64,000 bases of DNA from Gammaproteobacteria bacterium. GTDB lineage: Bacteria; Pseudomonadota; Gammaproteobacteria; SZUA-152. Made by a program: the position numbers and the translations under genes. This document shows positions 22,510 to 32,952 of this stretch, piece by piece. Every line of letters begins with the position of its first letter. Positions within the stretch are counted from its first letter, which is position 1. The notes beneath the pieces were generated by a model. That model was given only the letters and a program-made list of their open reading frames with translations, searched no databases and was not told the DNA's origin. Location of the stretch: positions 43,811 through 107,810 of the forward strand of contig JASFOJ010000001.1 of NCBI GenBank assembly GCA_050116575.1, given 5' to 3'.

Positions 22510-23646
22510 ATGGACCTATTATCGAAATTGCTAAAGGAAATGATCAACACTGGCGCATCGGATTTGTTTTTGAGCACCGGCACCGCTCCCGTTTTCCGTA
22601 TTAACGGCAAACTCAGACCGGTCAACATCCCCCCCTTGGGTTCCGGCCGCACAGAGAAAATGGCCAACCTGATCATGACCAAAGACCAGATCGCCGCTTT
22701 CGAGCGCAATCCGGAAGCCAATATCGGCTGCACCATCCCGGGCATCGGGCGTTTCCGTTTCAATATGTTCAAGCAGCGCAATGAGACCGCCATGGTGATA
22801 CGCGCGGTTCCATCGTCGGTACCGGACTTTGAAACCCTGGGGATACCCGCCGTATTGCGGGATATCGTGATGATGAGGCGGGGGCTGGTGCTGGTAGTCG
22901 GCCCTTCAGGCGCGGGTAAGTCCACGACCCTGGCAGCGATGATTGATTACCGCAACAATCACGAACTCAGCCATATCATAACCATCGAAGACCCCATTGA
23001 ATACGTTATTGAACATAAGAAGTCCATCGTTAACCAGCGCGAACTGGGCGTTGACACCAATTCCTATCACAACGCCCTGATTAACGCGCTGCGCCAGTCG
23101 CCGGACGTTATCATGGTGGGTGAAATTCGTGACCGTGACATGATGGAAAACGTGCTGGAATTTTCCGATACCGGACACCTGTGCCTGGCGACAATGCATT
23201 CCAACAACGCCTCACAGGCGTTTGACCGCATCGTCCATATGTTCCCCAAGGACAAGCATGAACAGATCTGCATCGGGCTGTCTCATAACGTTAAAGCCGT
23301 GGTGTCGCAAATTCTGGTGCCCACCATTGACGGCGGTCGCACCGTGGCTACGGAATTGCTGACGATGACACCACGCATCGCCGACCTGATCTCACGAGGC
23401 AATTTTGGCGAACTGCACGACGTACTGGAAAAAGACACCAATTCCGGTATGTTTACCATGGACCAGTCTCTATATCATTTGTTCTGCCATGGCCGGATCT
23501 CCGAAGAAACCGCGCTGGCCTATGCCAACTCGGTGAGCAATATGAGGTTGCAGATTCGCCTGTCGGGCCAGGGCACCAACAACAAGAGAAAACCCAAATC
23601 CACCAAGCCGGAAGAAAATACCGTCACGGTGGTATCACCGCAATAG
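22510..23646 (+). CDS. pilU: type IV pilus retraction-family ATPase, PilU-like
   Basis: Walker A VGPSGAGKST and a PilT/PilU core. The C-terminus GMFTMDQSLYHLFCHGRISEETALAYANS...MRLQIRLSG matches PilU rather than PilT (no AIRNLIRE motif), and it has a basic C-terminal tail. Confidence 0.7.
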   Translation: MDLLSKLLKEMINTGASDLFLSTGTAPVFRINGKLRPVNIPPLGSGRTEKMANLIMTKDQIAAFERNPEANIGCTIPGIGRFRFNMFKQRNETAMVIRAVPSSVPDFETLGIPAVLRDIVMMRRGLVLVVGPSGAGKSTTLAAMIDYRNNHELSHIITIEDPIEYVIEHKKSIVNQRELGVDTNSYHNALINALRQSPDVIMVGEIRDRDMMENVLEFSDTGHLCLATMHSNNASQAFDRIVHMFPKDKHEQICIGLSHNVKAVVSQILVPTIDGGRTVATELLTMTPRIADLISRGNFGELHDVLEKDTNSGMFTMDQSLYHLFCHGRISEETALAYANSVSNMRLQIRLSGQGTNNKRKPKSTKPEENTVTVVSPQ

Positions 23647-23680
23647 TACGCAGCATAAATAACCAAAGCCAACTCAATTT

Positions 23681-24511
23681 ATGGATGACATTCGACTCCC
23701 CCTGGTAGTGGAACCTGATCAATTAGTGCCGGTACTGGAAAACCACGACTTGCTCGTTGTCGATCTGTGCAAGCCGGAAACCTATGCGCAGGGGCATATT
23801 CCGGGGGCCGTGCACCTCGACTACAAGCAAATCATTGCCGCCCAAAAACCGGTCATGGGGCTGGTGCCGGATGCCGATCACCTCGGTCAACTGATGTCAC
23901 AAATCGGCGCCACGCCACAAACGCACATCGTGGCTTATGATGATGAAGGTGGCGGCAGAGCGGCGCGTTTGCTTTATACCCTGGACATTATGCAACATAA
24001 TCATTATTCGCTATTGAATGGCGGTATACATGCCTGGGCCAATGAGGGCCATCCACTGGAAACAACTGTCAACACCCGGGCGACCACCGACTATGCCGTC
24101 ACATTGCAACAGCAACCGGTTGCCACTAAGGATTTTATTCTGCAACGCCTCGGTGATCCGCAATTGGCGCTGATTGACGCCCGCACGCCGGCTGAATACA
24201 GCGGTGAGAAAAAGCTGGCGGCCAGAGGTGGCCATATACCGGGAGCGACGAACCTGGACTGGGTCAATCTTATTGACCGACAGCACAATATGCGCCTTAA
24301 GCCGGACTCGGAAATAAAACAATTACTGGCGAATATCGGCGTTAACGCCGAATCGTTTGCCGACAATCCCGTCGTTGTTTATTGCCAGACCCATCACCGG
24401 TCGGCACTCACGTACATCGCATTAAAAAATCTGGGGTACAGCGATGTTAAAGGTTATCCCGGCTCCTGGTCGGAATGGGGCAACGCCGATGATACCCCTG
24501 TGGAAACGTGA
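23681..24511 (+). CDS. sseA: tandem-rhodanese sulfurtransferase (thiosulfate/3-mercaptopyruvate sulfurtransferase)
   Basis: Two rhodanese domains with the catalytic Cys in YCQTHHRS. Confidence 0.75.
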   Translation: MDDIRLPLVVEPDQLVPVLENHDLLVVDLCKPETYAQGHIPGAVHLDYKQIIAAQKPVMGLVPDADHLGQLMSQIGATPQTHIVAYDDEGGGRAARLLYTLDIMQHNHYSLLNGGIHAWANEGHPLETTVNTRATTDYAVTLQQQPVATKDFILQRLGDPQLALIDARTPAEYSGEKKLAARGGHIPGATNLDWVNLIDRQHNMRLKPDSEIKQLLANIGVNAESFADNPVVVYCQTHHRSALTYIALKNLGYSDVKGYPGSWSEWGNADDTPVET

Positions 24512-24538
24512 TAATAGTAAACAGGTGTATCTTCGACA

Positions 24539-25264
24539 ATGCAAATCTGTACCACGATCAAGTCCATCGAGCAAAAAACGCCGCAAATCAAGTCAATCGT
24601 ACTGGAATACGGGGATGAAGATTTCCGGTTTTACCCGGGACAATGGATCGATGTTCACTTGAGTATTGACGACGAAAGTCACAATAGCTGTTATTCCATC
24701 ACGTCCATTCCATCATCACGCCGTTGTATTGAAATCGCCGTCAAACTGGCGCCCGACTTTCCCATCACCCGTCATCTTCATCGAAACAGCAAGGCCGGTG
24801 ACCGGATATTTATTTCCAGGGCCCAGGGCGACCTATACCTGGACAACAATATTGCCGGTCCATTTGTGTTTATCGCCGGCGGTATCGGAATTACGCCACT
24901 TTACAGTATGATTCGCCACCTGCTGGCTCACAAAACGCGCGAGCCTGTGGTGTTGTTGTATAGTATTGCGACGCGCGATGAATTTTTGTTTGAAACTGAA
25001 CTCAGGACGCTGCAGGATCAGCATGAAAATTTCCGCGTGATCACAACGGTTACGAGGAACGGTAACGGTAACAACAACCGCAGATCCTGTTACGGCCGCA
25101 TCAATCGCGATATGTTGCTCTCAACGCAATTGCCGCCACGCGCCAATTATTATCTGTGTGGCCCGCCGCCCATGGTGGATGCGGTGGTCGAAATGCTGGA
25201 GGGATTGCTCGAAGAACTGGAAATTACCGGTGACCATATTCACTACGACAAGTGGTGGTCCTGA
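24539..25264 (+). CDS. FNR-like FAD/NAD(P)-binding oxidoreductase (no Fe-S domain)
   Basis: RxYS-type FAD motif (SCYSITS), NAD(P) binding FVFIAGGIGITP, and C-terminal CGPPPM. Confidence 0.6.
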   Translation: MQICTTIKSIEQKTPQIKSIVLEYGDEDFRFYPGQWIDVHLSIDDESHNSCYSITSIPSSRRCIEIAVKLAPDFPITRHLHRNSKAGDRIFISRAQGDLYLDNNIAGPFVFIAGGIGITPLYSMIRHLLAHKTREPVVLLYSIATRDEFLFETELRTLQDQHENFRVITTVTRNGNGNNNRRSCYGRINRDMLLSTQLPPRANYYLCGPPPMVDAVVEMLEGLLEELEITGDHIHYDKWWS

Positions 25265-25273
25265 CCACACGCC

Positions 25274-27481
25274 TCAGGGTTCGCCGGTACGGGCAACACG
25301 TTTTTGCGTTAATTTCGTGTAAGCCAGATAGCGGTCGCGAATTTGCCGTACGTATTTGACCGGCTCACTGCCGCGCACATAACCGTGTTTGGCTTTACGC
25401 GCATACTTGCGTTTGGATAACAACAACATCGCGCGTTCCACGTTACCAAACCAACGTGTCGGTTCCCATCCCTGGCGCCGCGCCAGGGCGCGCGCATCCC
25501 TCACATGACCGACGCCGGCATTATACGCTGCCAGGGTAAACCACATGCGATCCTTGACCGGCAGTTCCGGTTCAAAGCGTTCCCGTACCCAGTCCAGGTA
25601 TTTGACGCCGGCTTCCAGACCCTGCTTGGGATCCCTGAGATTGTGAATACCCAGTTCCCTTGCCGTGCGCGGCATTACCTGCATTAAACCCCGGGCGCCG
25701 GCCCAGGATTTTGCCTGGGGATCGAACCGGCTTTCCTGATACATTTGCGCGACGACCAAGCGCCAGTCGAAATTGTATTCCTGCGCGTATTGGCGAACCA
25801 TGTCATCGTACGGCGATAGCTGTCCGTCCCCTCTGTCGACGCGTTGTTGCAGCCGTTTGGCAATGGTTTTGGGTTTTTCAAAATATTTTTTATGAGTAAT
25901 GTTATAGAATAGCCCCCGGTATTCCTCGTCTAGGTAATCGTTCACGGCCTGCAACAGTTTTGGCGAGTCGGTGCGAACTACCCAGCCGTGTGACACTTCC
26001 TTGCCCAGATTTAATAACCCCTTGATATCATCTCGCCAGGTCAGCTCGATATTCAGTATATTGCTGTCCGCCAGCGTCAAGTCGTAATCACCGGAAGCGA
26101 CTTTGGCAATAATCTGTTCAGTTTCTTCATTTTCGGGCACGACTTTTATATTCATATCCACGCCTTGCTGCCTGATATCCTGCAACGTGCGCCAGTACGA
26201 ACTGCTGCGGCGGACACAAATGGTTCTACCGGCCAATTGGCTGATATCATCCATTTCATCATCATCACTGCGGCCGACGATAATTTCATACACCTTGTTG
26301 TAGGGCCGTGAATAACGCACGGTGGGCGACGGATTGATTTCAGGAATCGTCAGCGATGCCGCCACCATATCGCCTTTGCCCTGTACCAGCCAACGCAATA
26401 ACACATCCCGAGTAGGTGCCACTACCATTTCCAGCCGTACACCCATGCGATCGGCGAAATGTTTGGCAAGTTCGTACTCGAAGCCCATTAACTCGCCACG
26501 CCAGAGAAAATACGTTGCCGCATTGTTACGGGTGATGACCCGCAGGACGTTGCGTTCTTTAATTTGATCCAGATCAGCCTTGTAATTTTTACCGCTTCGC
26601 GATATCAGGTTTTCACGGTTGAGAAAATTATTAAGGGCTTGTTGCAGTTTTTCCGCATCGGGCCTGACCGCCCAGCCAATAGGGCGTTCGCCGGAAACAC
26701 TGAATGCCACTTTCAGATCCGGCTGCGCAGGTAGTACCGCATTAATGAGATTGCTATCGGCAACGGTTGCATCGTACTTGCCAGCGGCCACACCATCCAG
26801 CAGGTCTATAACGGAGTTGCTTGCCGGTACCTGCTGTAAATCGATGCCGGGATGATTAGACTTATGCCTTTGCATCGTTTCCCAATAAGATGTGGATTTC
26901 AACAGGGCGACAGTTTTGCCCTTGAGGTCTTTCAAATCTTTTACCGGATTATCGGACCGTACGATCAATTGCTCCTTGGCCACCGCCACCGGCACGGAAA
27001 AAGCCACCTGCTCCTTGCGTTGATCGGTAATGGTAAGATTCGACGCTATAACGTCTCCCTTGCCTTCCAGCATCATGGGTATCAACCGGTCGAAACGCTT
27101 GACGTAAATCCATTCCGGCTTCAGGCCCTGCTCCTGCGCAAAGCGAATGATTAAATCGGATTCGTAGTGAACCGGCAAACCCTGGCGGGGCAAATATGGC
27201 ACCTCTAGTCCCGCATCGCTCACTAAAATGCGCAGTTTTCCCCGCTCCTTTAACGCGGGCAAATCACCCTGCTCTACGTAGTTCTCGAATGACTTGTCAG
27301 GGCTTGGTGCGTTGGCGGCGGTCCCGTCCGATTTATCGGACGCATCACAGCCAGTCATGGCGATTGCAAACAAAAGCAATAGCGTGATCATCAAAAGGTA
27401 ATTGATTAAATATAAAGAACGGTTAGTTATGGTCGCGGCTTGCATCGATGACGATATAGCAATTATTTTGGGAAAATTCAT
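25274..27481 (-). CDS. mltF: membrane-bound lytic murein transglycosylase F-like (two tandem solute-binding domains + SLT domain)
   Basis: Lipoprotein-like signal ...AIAMTGC, two successive SBP_bac_3-like domains, and a C-terminal SLT domain with ES...GLMQVM...AYNAG. Confidence 0.65.
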   Translation of the reverse strand: MNFPKIIAISSSMQAATITNRSLYLINYLLMITLLLLFAIAMTGCDASDKSDGTAANAPSPDKSFENYVEQGDLPALKERGKLRILVSDAGLEVPYLPRQGLPVHYESDLIIRFAQEQGLKPEWIYVKRFDRLIPMMLEGKGDVIASNLTITDQRKEQVAFSVPVAVAKEQLIVRSDNPVKDLKDLKGKTVALLKSTSYWETMQRHKSNHPGIDLQQVPASNSVIDLLDGVAAGKYDATVADSNLINAVLPAQPDLKVAFSVSGERPIGWAVRPDAEKLQQALNNFLNRENLISRSGKNYKADLDQIKERNVLRVITRNNAATYFLWRGELMGFEYELAKHFADRMGVRLEMVVAPTRDVLLRWLVQGKGDMVAASLTIPEINPSPTVRYSRPYNKVYEIIVGRSDDDEMDDISQLAGRTICVRRSSSYWRTLQDIRQQGVDMNIKVVPENEETEQIIAKVASGDYDLTLADSNILNIELTWRDDIKGLLNLGKEVSHGWVVRTDSPKLLQAVNDYLDEEYRGLFYNITHKKYFEKPKTIAKRLQQRVDRGDGQLSPYDDMVRQYAQEYNFDWRLVVAQMYQESRFDPQAKSWAGARGLMQVMPRTARELGIHNLRDPKQGLEAGVKYLDWVRERFEPELPVKDRMWFTLAAYNAGVGHVRDARALARRQGWEPTRWFGNVERAMLLLSKRKYARKAKHGYVRGSEPVKYVRQIRDRYLAYTKLTQKRVARTGEP

Positions 27482-27633
27482 TCAAAAAAAGAAAAAATAC
27501 ACAACGCTACAGATTAATTAATCCGCGCGAACGCGCTAATTGACACAATCCTCGCACCCGGTTACGGATTCAACATTAACAGCTTAGCACAACCATCAAC
27601 CGGCTTTCGTTGCATGGTTACCGTTATACGCAA

Positions 27634-30600
27634 TCATTTCAACGCCAGCAACGTTGCATTACCGCCAATGGCAGCGGTATTGGTCGTTAATACCCTCTCT
27701 GTGGCAAAACGATATAAATAGTGGGGTCCGCCCGCTTTGGGCCCGGTCCCCGACAGACCTTCACCGCCAAACGGTTGCACACCCACGACCGAACCGATGA
27801 TATTACGATTGACGTAAATGTTGCCCACATGAACCCGTTGCTGAATATAGCGGGCTTTTTCCTCGATGCGGCTGTGGATACCCAGGGTAAGGCCGTAGCG
27901 GGTATCGTTGATTGCAGCAATAACCTCGTCCAGTTCACCGGCGTCATAGCGAATAACGTGCAGCACGGGACCAAAGACTTCATACTGTAGTTGGGATAAC
28001 GCATCGATTTCGTAAACGCACGGCGCAAAATAACTGCCTTTTGCCCATCGTTCATCGTCGACCACTGAATACACCTTACGACCATGCTGCTCCAACCACT
28101 GTATATGGCTTTGCAGTTTTTGTTTCGCGGCGTTATCAATCACCGGCCCCACATCCGTTGCCAACCAGGCGGGATCCCCGACATTCAGTTCCTGCATGGC
28201 CCCTTTTAGTAGCGCCAGCATGCGAGGTGCCACATCCTGTTGCACAAACAACACCCGCAAGGCCGAACAACGCTGGCCGGCGCTGTTAAACGCCGATTTG
28301 ACCACATCCACGACCACCTGCTCTGGCAAAGCGGAGCTGTCGACAATCATGACGTTCTGTCCGCCCGTCTCGGCGATCAGCGGCACAATGGCACCGCCCC
28401 GTTGCGCCAGTTTAAGATTAATATCGTTGGCCGTTTGTGTTGAGCCGGTAAAGGCAACGCCGGCGATGCGCGGATCGTCAATCAGGCGATTGCCCACCAC
28501 CGCGCCGGAACCTGGTAAAAACTGCAACGCCGGTTCCGGTACACCCGCAGCGTGCAGTAATTGCACTACCTGCATGGCAATCAGCGGCGTCTGGCTTGCG
28601 GGTTTGGCGATCACGCTGTTGCCAGCCATCAGGGCCGCAACGATCTGGCCACAGAAAATCGCCAGGGGAAAATTCCACGGACTAATACACGCAAATACAC
28701 CGCGCCCATGGAGCGTCAATACATTGGATTCCCCCGTGGGCCCAGGTAGCTGTTCGGGACGGAATACCCTGGTTCGCGCCAGACAGGCATAGTAGCGGCA
28801 AAAGTCCACGGCTTCCCGCACTTCCGAGACCGCATCGGGGATACAACGCCCACCTTCGCGCACAATCAGCGAGATGAACCTGGCGCGGTTTTCTTCCAAC
28901 AACTCCGCTGCACGTTCTGCGATATCGGCCCGTTCCGTGACCGGCATATTATTCCAGTCAATACAGGCCGCTTGCGCGGACGCGATGGCCTGCTCGACGT
29001 GTGCTTCATTGGCGGTAATCACCTCACCGATGGTTTGCTGGCAATCAGCGGGATTGACCACTGGGTGTGGCTCGCCATCCACCCGTTCGCCGTCAATGAG
29101 CGGCGCCGCGCTCCATTGCCGATCACTGTAGGTCTGTAACTGTGTTTGCAGTTGCCGCAGCGTCTGTTCATCACTAACGTTAATGCCGGATGAATTCCGC
29201 CGCTGTTCGCCAAAAATCGATTCAGGTAGCGGTATCGCCGGATGCGGCGATGGATTGGAACCCTGCACCCATTGCACGGGATCAGCGACAATGTCTTCCA
29301 CCGGTTGGCGGTCATCAGTAATCCGGTTCACGAACGACGTGTTGGCACCGTTTTCCAGTAGCCGGCGCACCAGATACGGCAACAAATCCTTGTGGCTGCC
29401 AACGGGCGCATAGACACGGCAGGCGATGCTATTGTCGTTGTTCAGCAGTGCCTGATAGAGGGCTTCTCCCATGCCGTGCAAGCGTTGCATTTCAAACGTC
29501 TTGCGTTCACCCGCCATTTGTAACACCGCGGCCGCGGTATGAGCATTGTGGGTGGCAAACTGAGGATAAACCATCTCTCCGATGTTTAATAATTTCTGCG
29601 CGCAGGCGAGGTACGACACATCGGTGTGTTGCTTACGGGTAAACACCGGATACCCGGACAACCCCTGTTCCTGGGCACGTTTGACTTCGGTATCCCAATA
29701 CGCCCCTTTGACCAGCCGCACCATGATGTGGCGCCCGTTACGGCTGGCAAGATCGGCCAGCCAGTCGATAACGTAGGGCGCACGCTTCTGATATGACTGG
29801 ATCACCACTCCCAATCCCGGCCAGTGAGCAAACTGTGGATCAGTCAATATGGCTTCGATGACATCGAGGGTGATATCCAGCCGGTCGGCTTCCTCGCCGT
29901 CAATGGTCATACTCAGATTGGCCTGTTGTGCCACTTGGGCCAATGCCATCACCCGGGGTATCAGTTCATTCAATAGACGCTCGCGCTGCGCGTACTCAAA
30001 CCGCGGGTGTAGCGCGGACAGTTTGACGGAAATACCGGGAGCACCGACAATATCGCTGCCGCCACCGTAATGCTCAGCGATAACAGCAATGGCCTGGCGA
30101 TAAACCTCGCCGTAGCGATCGGCATCTTCCTGGCTCAACGCCGCCTCCCCCAGCATGTCAAAGGAATAACGGTATACCCGGTTTTCACTGGATTCACTGC
30201 GCGCCAATGCTTCTTCGATGGAACGGCCCATGACAAACTGATGCCCCATAATGCGCATGGCTTCTTTTAGCGCCGAACGTACCACCGGTTCGCTGACCCG
30301 TGCCATCAGGCCATTGACCATGGTCATGGGGTCACGTTGTGTGGCATCGTCCAGGGTAATCATACGCCCGGTGAGCATGAGCCCCCACGTACTGGCGTTG
30401 ACAAACCATGACCGGCTGTTGCCCAGGTGCTGTTGCCAGTTAGCATTGGTGAGTTTGTCACGAATCAGCCGGTCCGCGGTATCGGCGTCCGGAATACGCA
30501 ACAACGCCTCGGCCAGACAAAGCAGTACAATTCCTTCCCGGGATGATAAATCGTATTCCTGCAAAAACGCGTTGAGACCGCCGATTTGCTGACTTTTGTC

Positions 30601-30774
30601 TCGAACGTCGGTAACCAGTTGGCAGGCCTGACGGTAAATGGCATCTCGCAGCGCATCGTAGTTTTCCAGCTGCCGCAGCAATGAATTCACGCACTGGGTT
30701 TCGTCCGCCAGATGTGCCCGTTGGATCGCGTGGCGCTGTTGGTTCGTGAACGGAAAATGTGGTTTGAAAATCAT
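27634..30774 (-). CDS. putA: bifunctional proline dehydrogenase / delta-1-pyrroline-5-carboxylate dehydrogenase PutA
   Basis: 1046 aa with a PutA arm/PRODH barrel N-half and an aldehyde-dehydrogenase C-half (catalytic Cys region, GGxxGxGPxAGGP). Confidence 0.9.
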   Translation of the reverse strand: MIFKPHFPFTNQQRHAIQRAHLADETQCVNSLLRQLENYDALRDAIYRQACQLVTDVRDKSQQIGGLNAFLQEYDLSSREGIVLLCLAEALLRIPDADTADRLIRDKLTNANWQQHLGNSRSWFVNASTWGLMLTGRMITLDDATQRDPMTMVNGLMARVSEPVVRSALKEAMRIMGHQFVMGRSIEEALARSESSENRVYRYSFDMLGEAALSQEDADRYGEVYRQAIAVIAEHYGGGSDIVGAPGISVKLSALHPRFEYAQRERLLNELIPRVMALAQVAQQANLSMTIDGEEADRLDITLDVIEAILTDPQFAHWPGLGVVIQSYQKRAPYVIDWLADLASRNGRHIMVRLVKGAYWDTEVKRAQEQGLSGYPVFTRKQHTDVSYLACAQKLLNIGEMVYPQFATHNAHTAAAVLQMAGERKTFEMQRLHGMGEALYQALLNNDNSIACRVYAPVGSHKDLLPYLVRRLLENGANTSFVNRITDDRQPVEDIVADPVQWVQGSNPSPHPAIPLPESIFGEQRRNSSGINVSDEQTLRQLQTQLQTYSDRQWSAAPLIDGERVDGEPHPVVNPADCQQTIGEVITANEAHVEQAIASAQAACIDWNNMPVTERADIAERAAELLEENRARFISLIVREGGRCIPDAVSEVREAVDFCRYYACLARTRVFRPEQLPGPTGESNVLTLHGRGVFACISPWNFPLAIFCGQIVAALMAGNSVIAKPASQTPLIAMQVVQLLHAAGVPEPALQFLPGSGAVVGNRLIDDPRIAGVAFTGSTQTANDINLKLAQRGGAIVPLIAETGGQNVMIVDSSALPEQVVVDVVKSAFNSAGQRCSALRVLFVQQDVAPRMLALLKGAMQELNVGDPAWLATDVGPVIDNAAKQKLQSHIQWLEQHGRKVYSVVDDERWAKGSYFAPCVYEIDALSQLQYEVFGPVLHVIRYDAGELDEVIAAINDTRYGLTLGIHSRIEEKARYIQQRVHVGNIYVNRNIIGSVVGVQPFGGEGLSGTGPKAGGPHYLYRFATERVLTTNTAAIGGNATLLALK

Positions 30775-30988
30775 AAAATAAAGAGTCGTCTTATCGCTTA
30801 TATCTCTTTTCGATTATGCAATTCACCTACCATTACTATAGACTGTATAATTCACGACAATTTCTAACAAAACTGCGAAACCTCGCTGGCTGAGGTGCGC
30901 GGACGCCTTGAAGTTGGCACTTTCCGTCACCATCTGCTTACAATCCACTCAAAATCGCTCGTTATAAAGGAAAAAACGGAAGCAAGTT

Positions 30989-31840
30989 ATGTACTCAATC
31001 GACGTCACCGAACAAAATTTCCAACAACAAGTTCTCGAAAAATCCAAAACCGTTCCCGTCGTTGTGGATTTCTGGGCACCGTGGTGCGGTCCCTGCCAAA
31101 CGCTCAAACCCCTGCTGGAAAAACTGGCAGAGGAATATCAGGGGAAGTTCCTGCTGGCCAAAGTCAATGCCGATGACAACCAGGCCCTGGCGTCACAATT
31201 CGGGGTGCGGGGTATCCCCAGTGTCAAAGCGGTTTATAACGGCAAACTGGTAAATGAATTTTCTGGGGCGATACCGGAACCGACTCTGCGTAAATTTCTG
31301 GAAGAAATTATTCCCAATGAAAGTGAGACCAAACGCCAGGCGGCTTTAGCAAAGTATGAACAAGGTGATATTGATGCCGCGGTGACACTACTGCAAGAAG
31401 TGGTGGAACTTGATGACGACAATCAAAACGCCAAAATAGACCTGGCTGCCCTGCTGATTGAAAACAAGGATTTCGACAACGCGCGCAGCCTGCTCAACAA
31501 AGTTCCCCTCAACCTGCAGCAGGAAGACCGATTCAAGGAATTGATGACCCGGATCGATCTCAGCGAACGCAGTGGCCAGGTTGCCGACAAGGAAGCGCTG
31601 GTACAACGTATCACGCAGGATGAAACGGATCTACAGGCCCGCCTGGACCTGGCCAATCACTATATCGCAACGCAATCCTATGAAGAGGCGTTGGCGCTGT
31701 TGTTTGATATCATCAAAAAAGACCGCAATTTTGGTGACGATATCGCCCGGAAAACCGTCCTGGACATTTTTACCCTGCTGGGCAACCAGGATGAACGCGT
31801 GCGATCGGCACGCAAAACCCTTGCTAGTCTATTGAATTAG
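30989..31840 (+). CDS. thioredoxin-domain + TPR co-chaperone (YbbN/CnoX-like)
   Basis: N-terminal thioredoxin fold with WAPWCGPC active site and a C-terminal TPR-like helical domain. Confidence 0.75.
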   Translation: MYSIDVTEQNFQQQVLEKSKTVPVVVDFWAPWCGPCQTLKPLLEKLAEEYQGKFLLAKVNADDNQALASQFGVRGIPSVKAVYNGKLVNEFSGAIPEPTLRKFLEEIIPNESETKRQAALAKYEQGDIDAAVTLLQEVVELDDDNQNAKIDLAALLIENKDFDNARSLLNKVPLNLQQEDRFKELMTRIDLSERSGQVADKEALVQRITQDETDLQARLDLANHYIATQSYEEALALLFDIIKKDRNFGDDIARKTVLDIFTLLGNQDERVRSARKTLASLLN

Positions 31841-32043
31841 TTCCGCAATCTATATTCTTGTTTTTCATGCAGTAAAAACGGACCACGTGATAATTGCCCG
31901 CGCGGCGAATTTTCTTTTCATTGCATTGAATACAGCCTGCTATTTTTGGTCTAAAATCTATGAAAACAGTCTGACACGGCACAGAGGTAATCGCATTAGA
32001 AATCCCATGTTCAGATTGCTCACTCCATGCTGGTGATCTTTCA

Positions 32044-32952
32044 ATGCATATAACCTTTCGACAACTGACGGTACTGGAAGCGGTGGCCCGCAATTTGAGC
32101 TTCACCAAGGCGGCCGACGAATTACACCTGACCCAACCGGCGGTATCGATGCAAATCAAACAAATTGAAGAAAGCATTGGTCTACCACTGTTTGAACAGA
32201 TTGGTAAAAAAGTCTTTCTCACCGAAGCCGGCCAGGAAATGTATAACTATTGCCGCTCCATTCAACAACAACTGGAAGAAGCGGAACATGTCATTGAAAA
32301 TCTCAAGGGCGTCAAACAGGGCAAGTTAACCATCGCTGTTGCCAGCACCGCCAACTATTTCGCACCGCGAATACTGGCAACCTTCAACAAGATGCACGAA
32401 AAGGTCACCATTAATCTGGACGTCACCAACCGGGAAGGATTGTTGCAACACCTGGAAAACAACGACACCGATGTGGTCATCATGGGCCGCCCTCCCCGCG
32501 ACATGGATTTGGAGGCCGAATCGTTCATGGAAAATCCGCTGGTGCTCATCGCAGCACCGGACCATCATATGGCAAACAAGGAAAGTGTTTCCATCCAGGA
32601 TCTGCAAAAGGAAACATTCATTTTGCGTGAAGTGGGTTCCGGTACCCGGACCGCCATCGAGCAATTTTTCGCGGACAAAGGCGCGCTACTGGCAACCACC
32701 GTCAGCATGAGCAGTAATGAGGCCATTAAACAGGCGGTTCAGGCCGGGCTGGGATTAGGCATCGTATCCATTCACACGCTGGAGCTGGAACTGGAACTAA
32801 ATCGCGTTGCTATTGTGAAAGCCGAGGGTTTTCCAATCCTGCGTCACTGGTATATCGTATATCGTAAAGGCAAGCGCCTATCGCCTATCGCCACGGAATT
32901 CCGCAATTTCGTCATTAACCAGGCCAAGGATTTATGGCCATTGCCTTCCTGA
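32044..32952 (+). CDS. LysR-family transcriptional regulator
   Basis: N-terminal HTH (LTVLEAVARNLSFTKAADELHLTQPAVSMQIKQIE) and a C-terminal substrate-binding domain. Confidence 0.75.
   Translation: MHITFRQLTVLEAVARNLSFTKAADELHLTQPAVSMQIKQIEESIGLPLFEQIGKKVFLTEAGQEMYNYCRSIQQQLEEAEHVIENLKGVKQGKLTIAVASTANYFAPRILATFNKMHEKVTINLDVTNREGLLQHLENNDTDVVIMGRPPRDMDLEAESFMENPLVLIAAPDHHMANKESVSIQDLQKETFILREVGSGTRTAIEQFFADKGALLATTVSMSSNEAIKQAVQAGLGLGIVSIHTLELELELNRVAIVKAEGFPILRHWYIVYRKGKRLSPIATEFRNFVINQAKDLWPLPS

Noticed and set aside
28196-28792. 198-aa plus-strand ORF
   Set aside because: Antisense inside putA.
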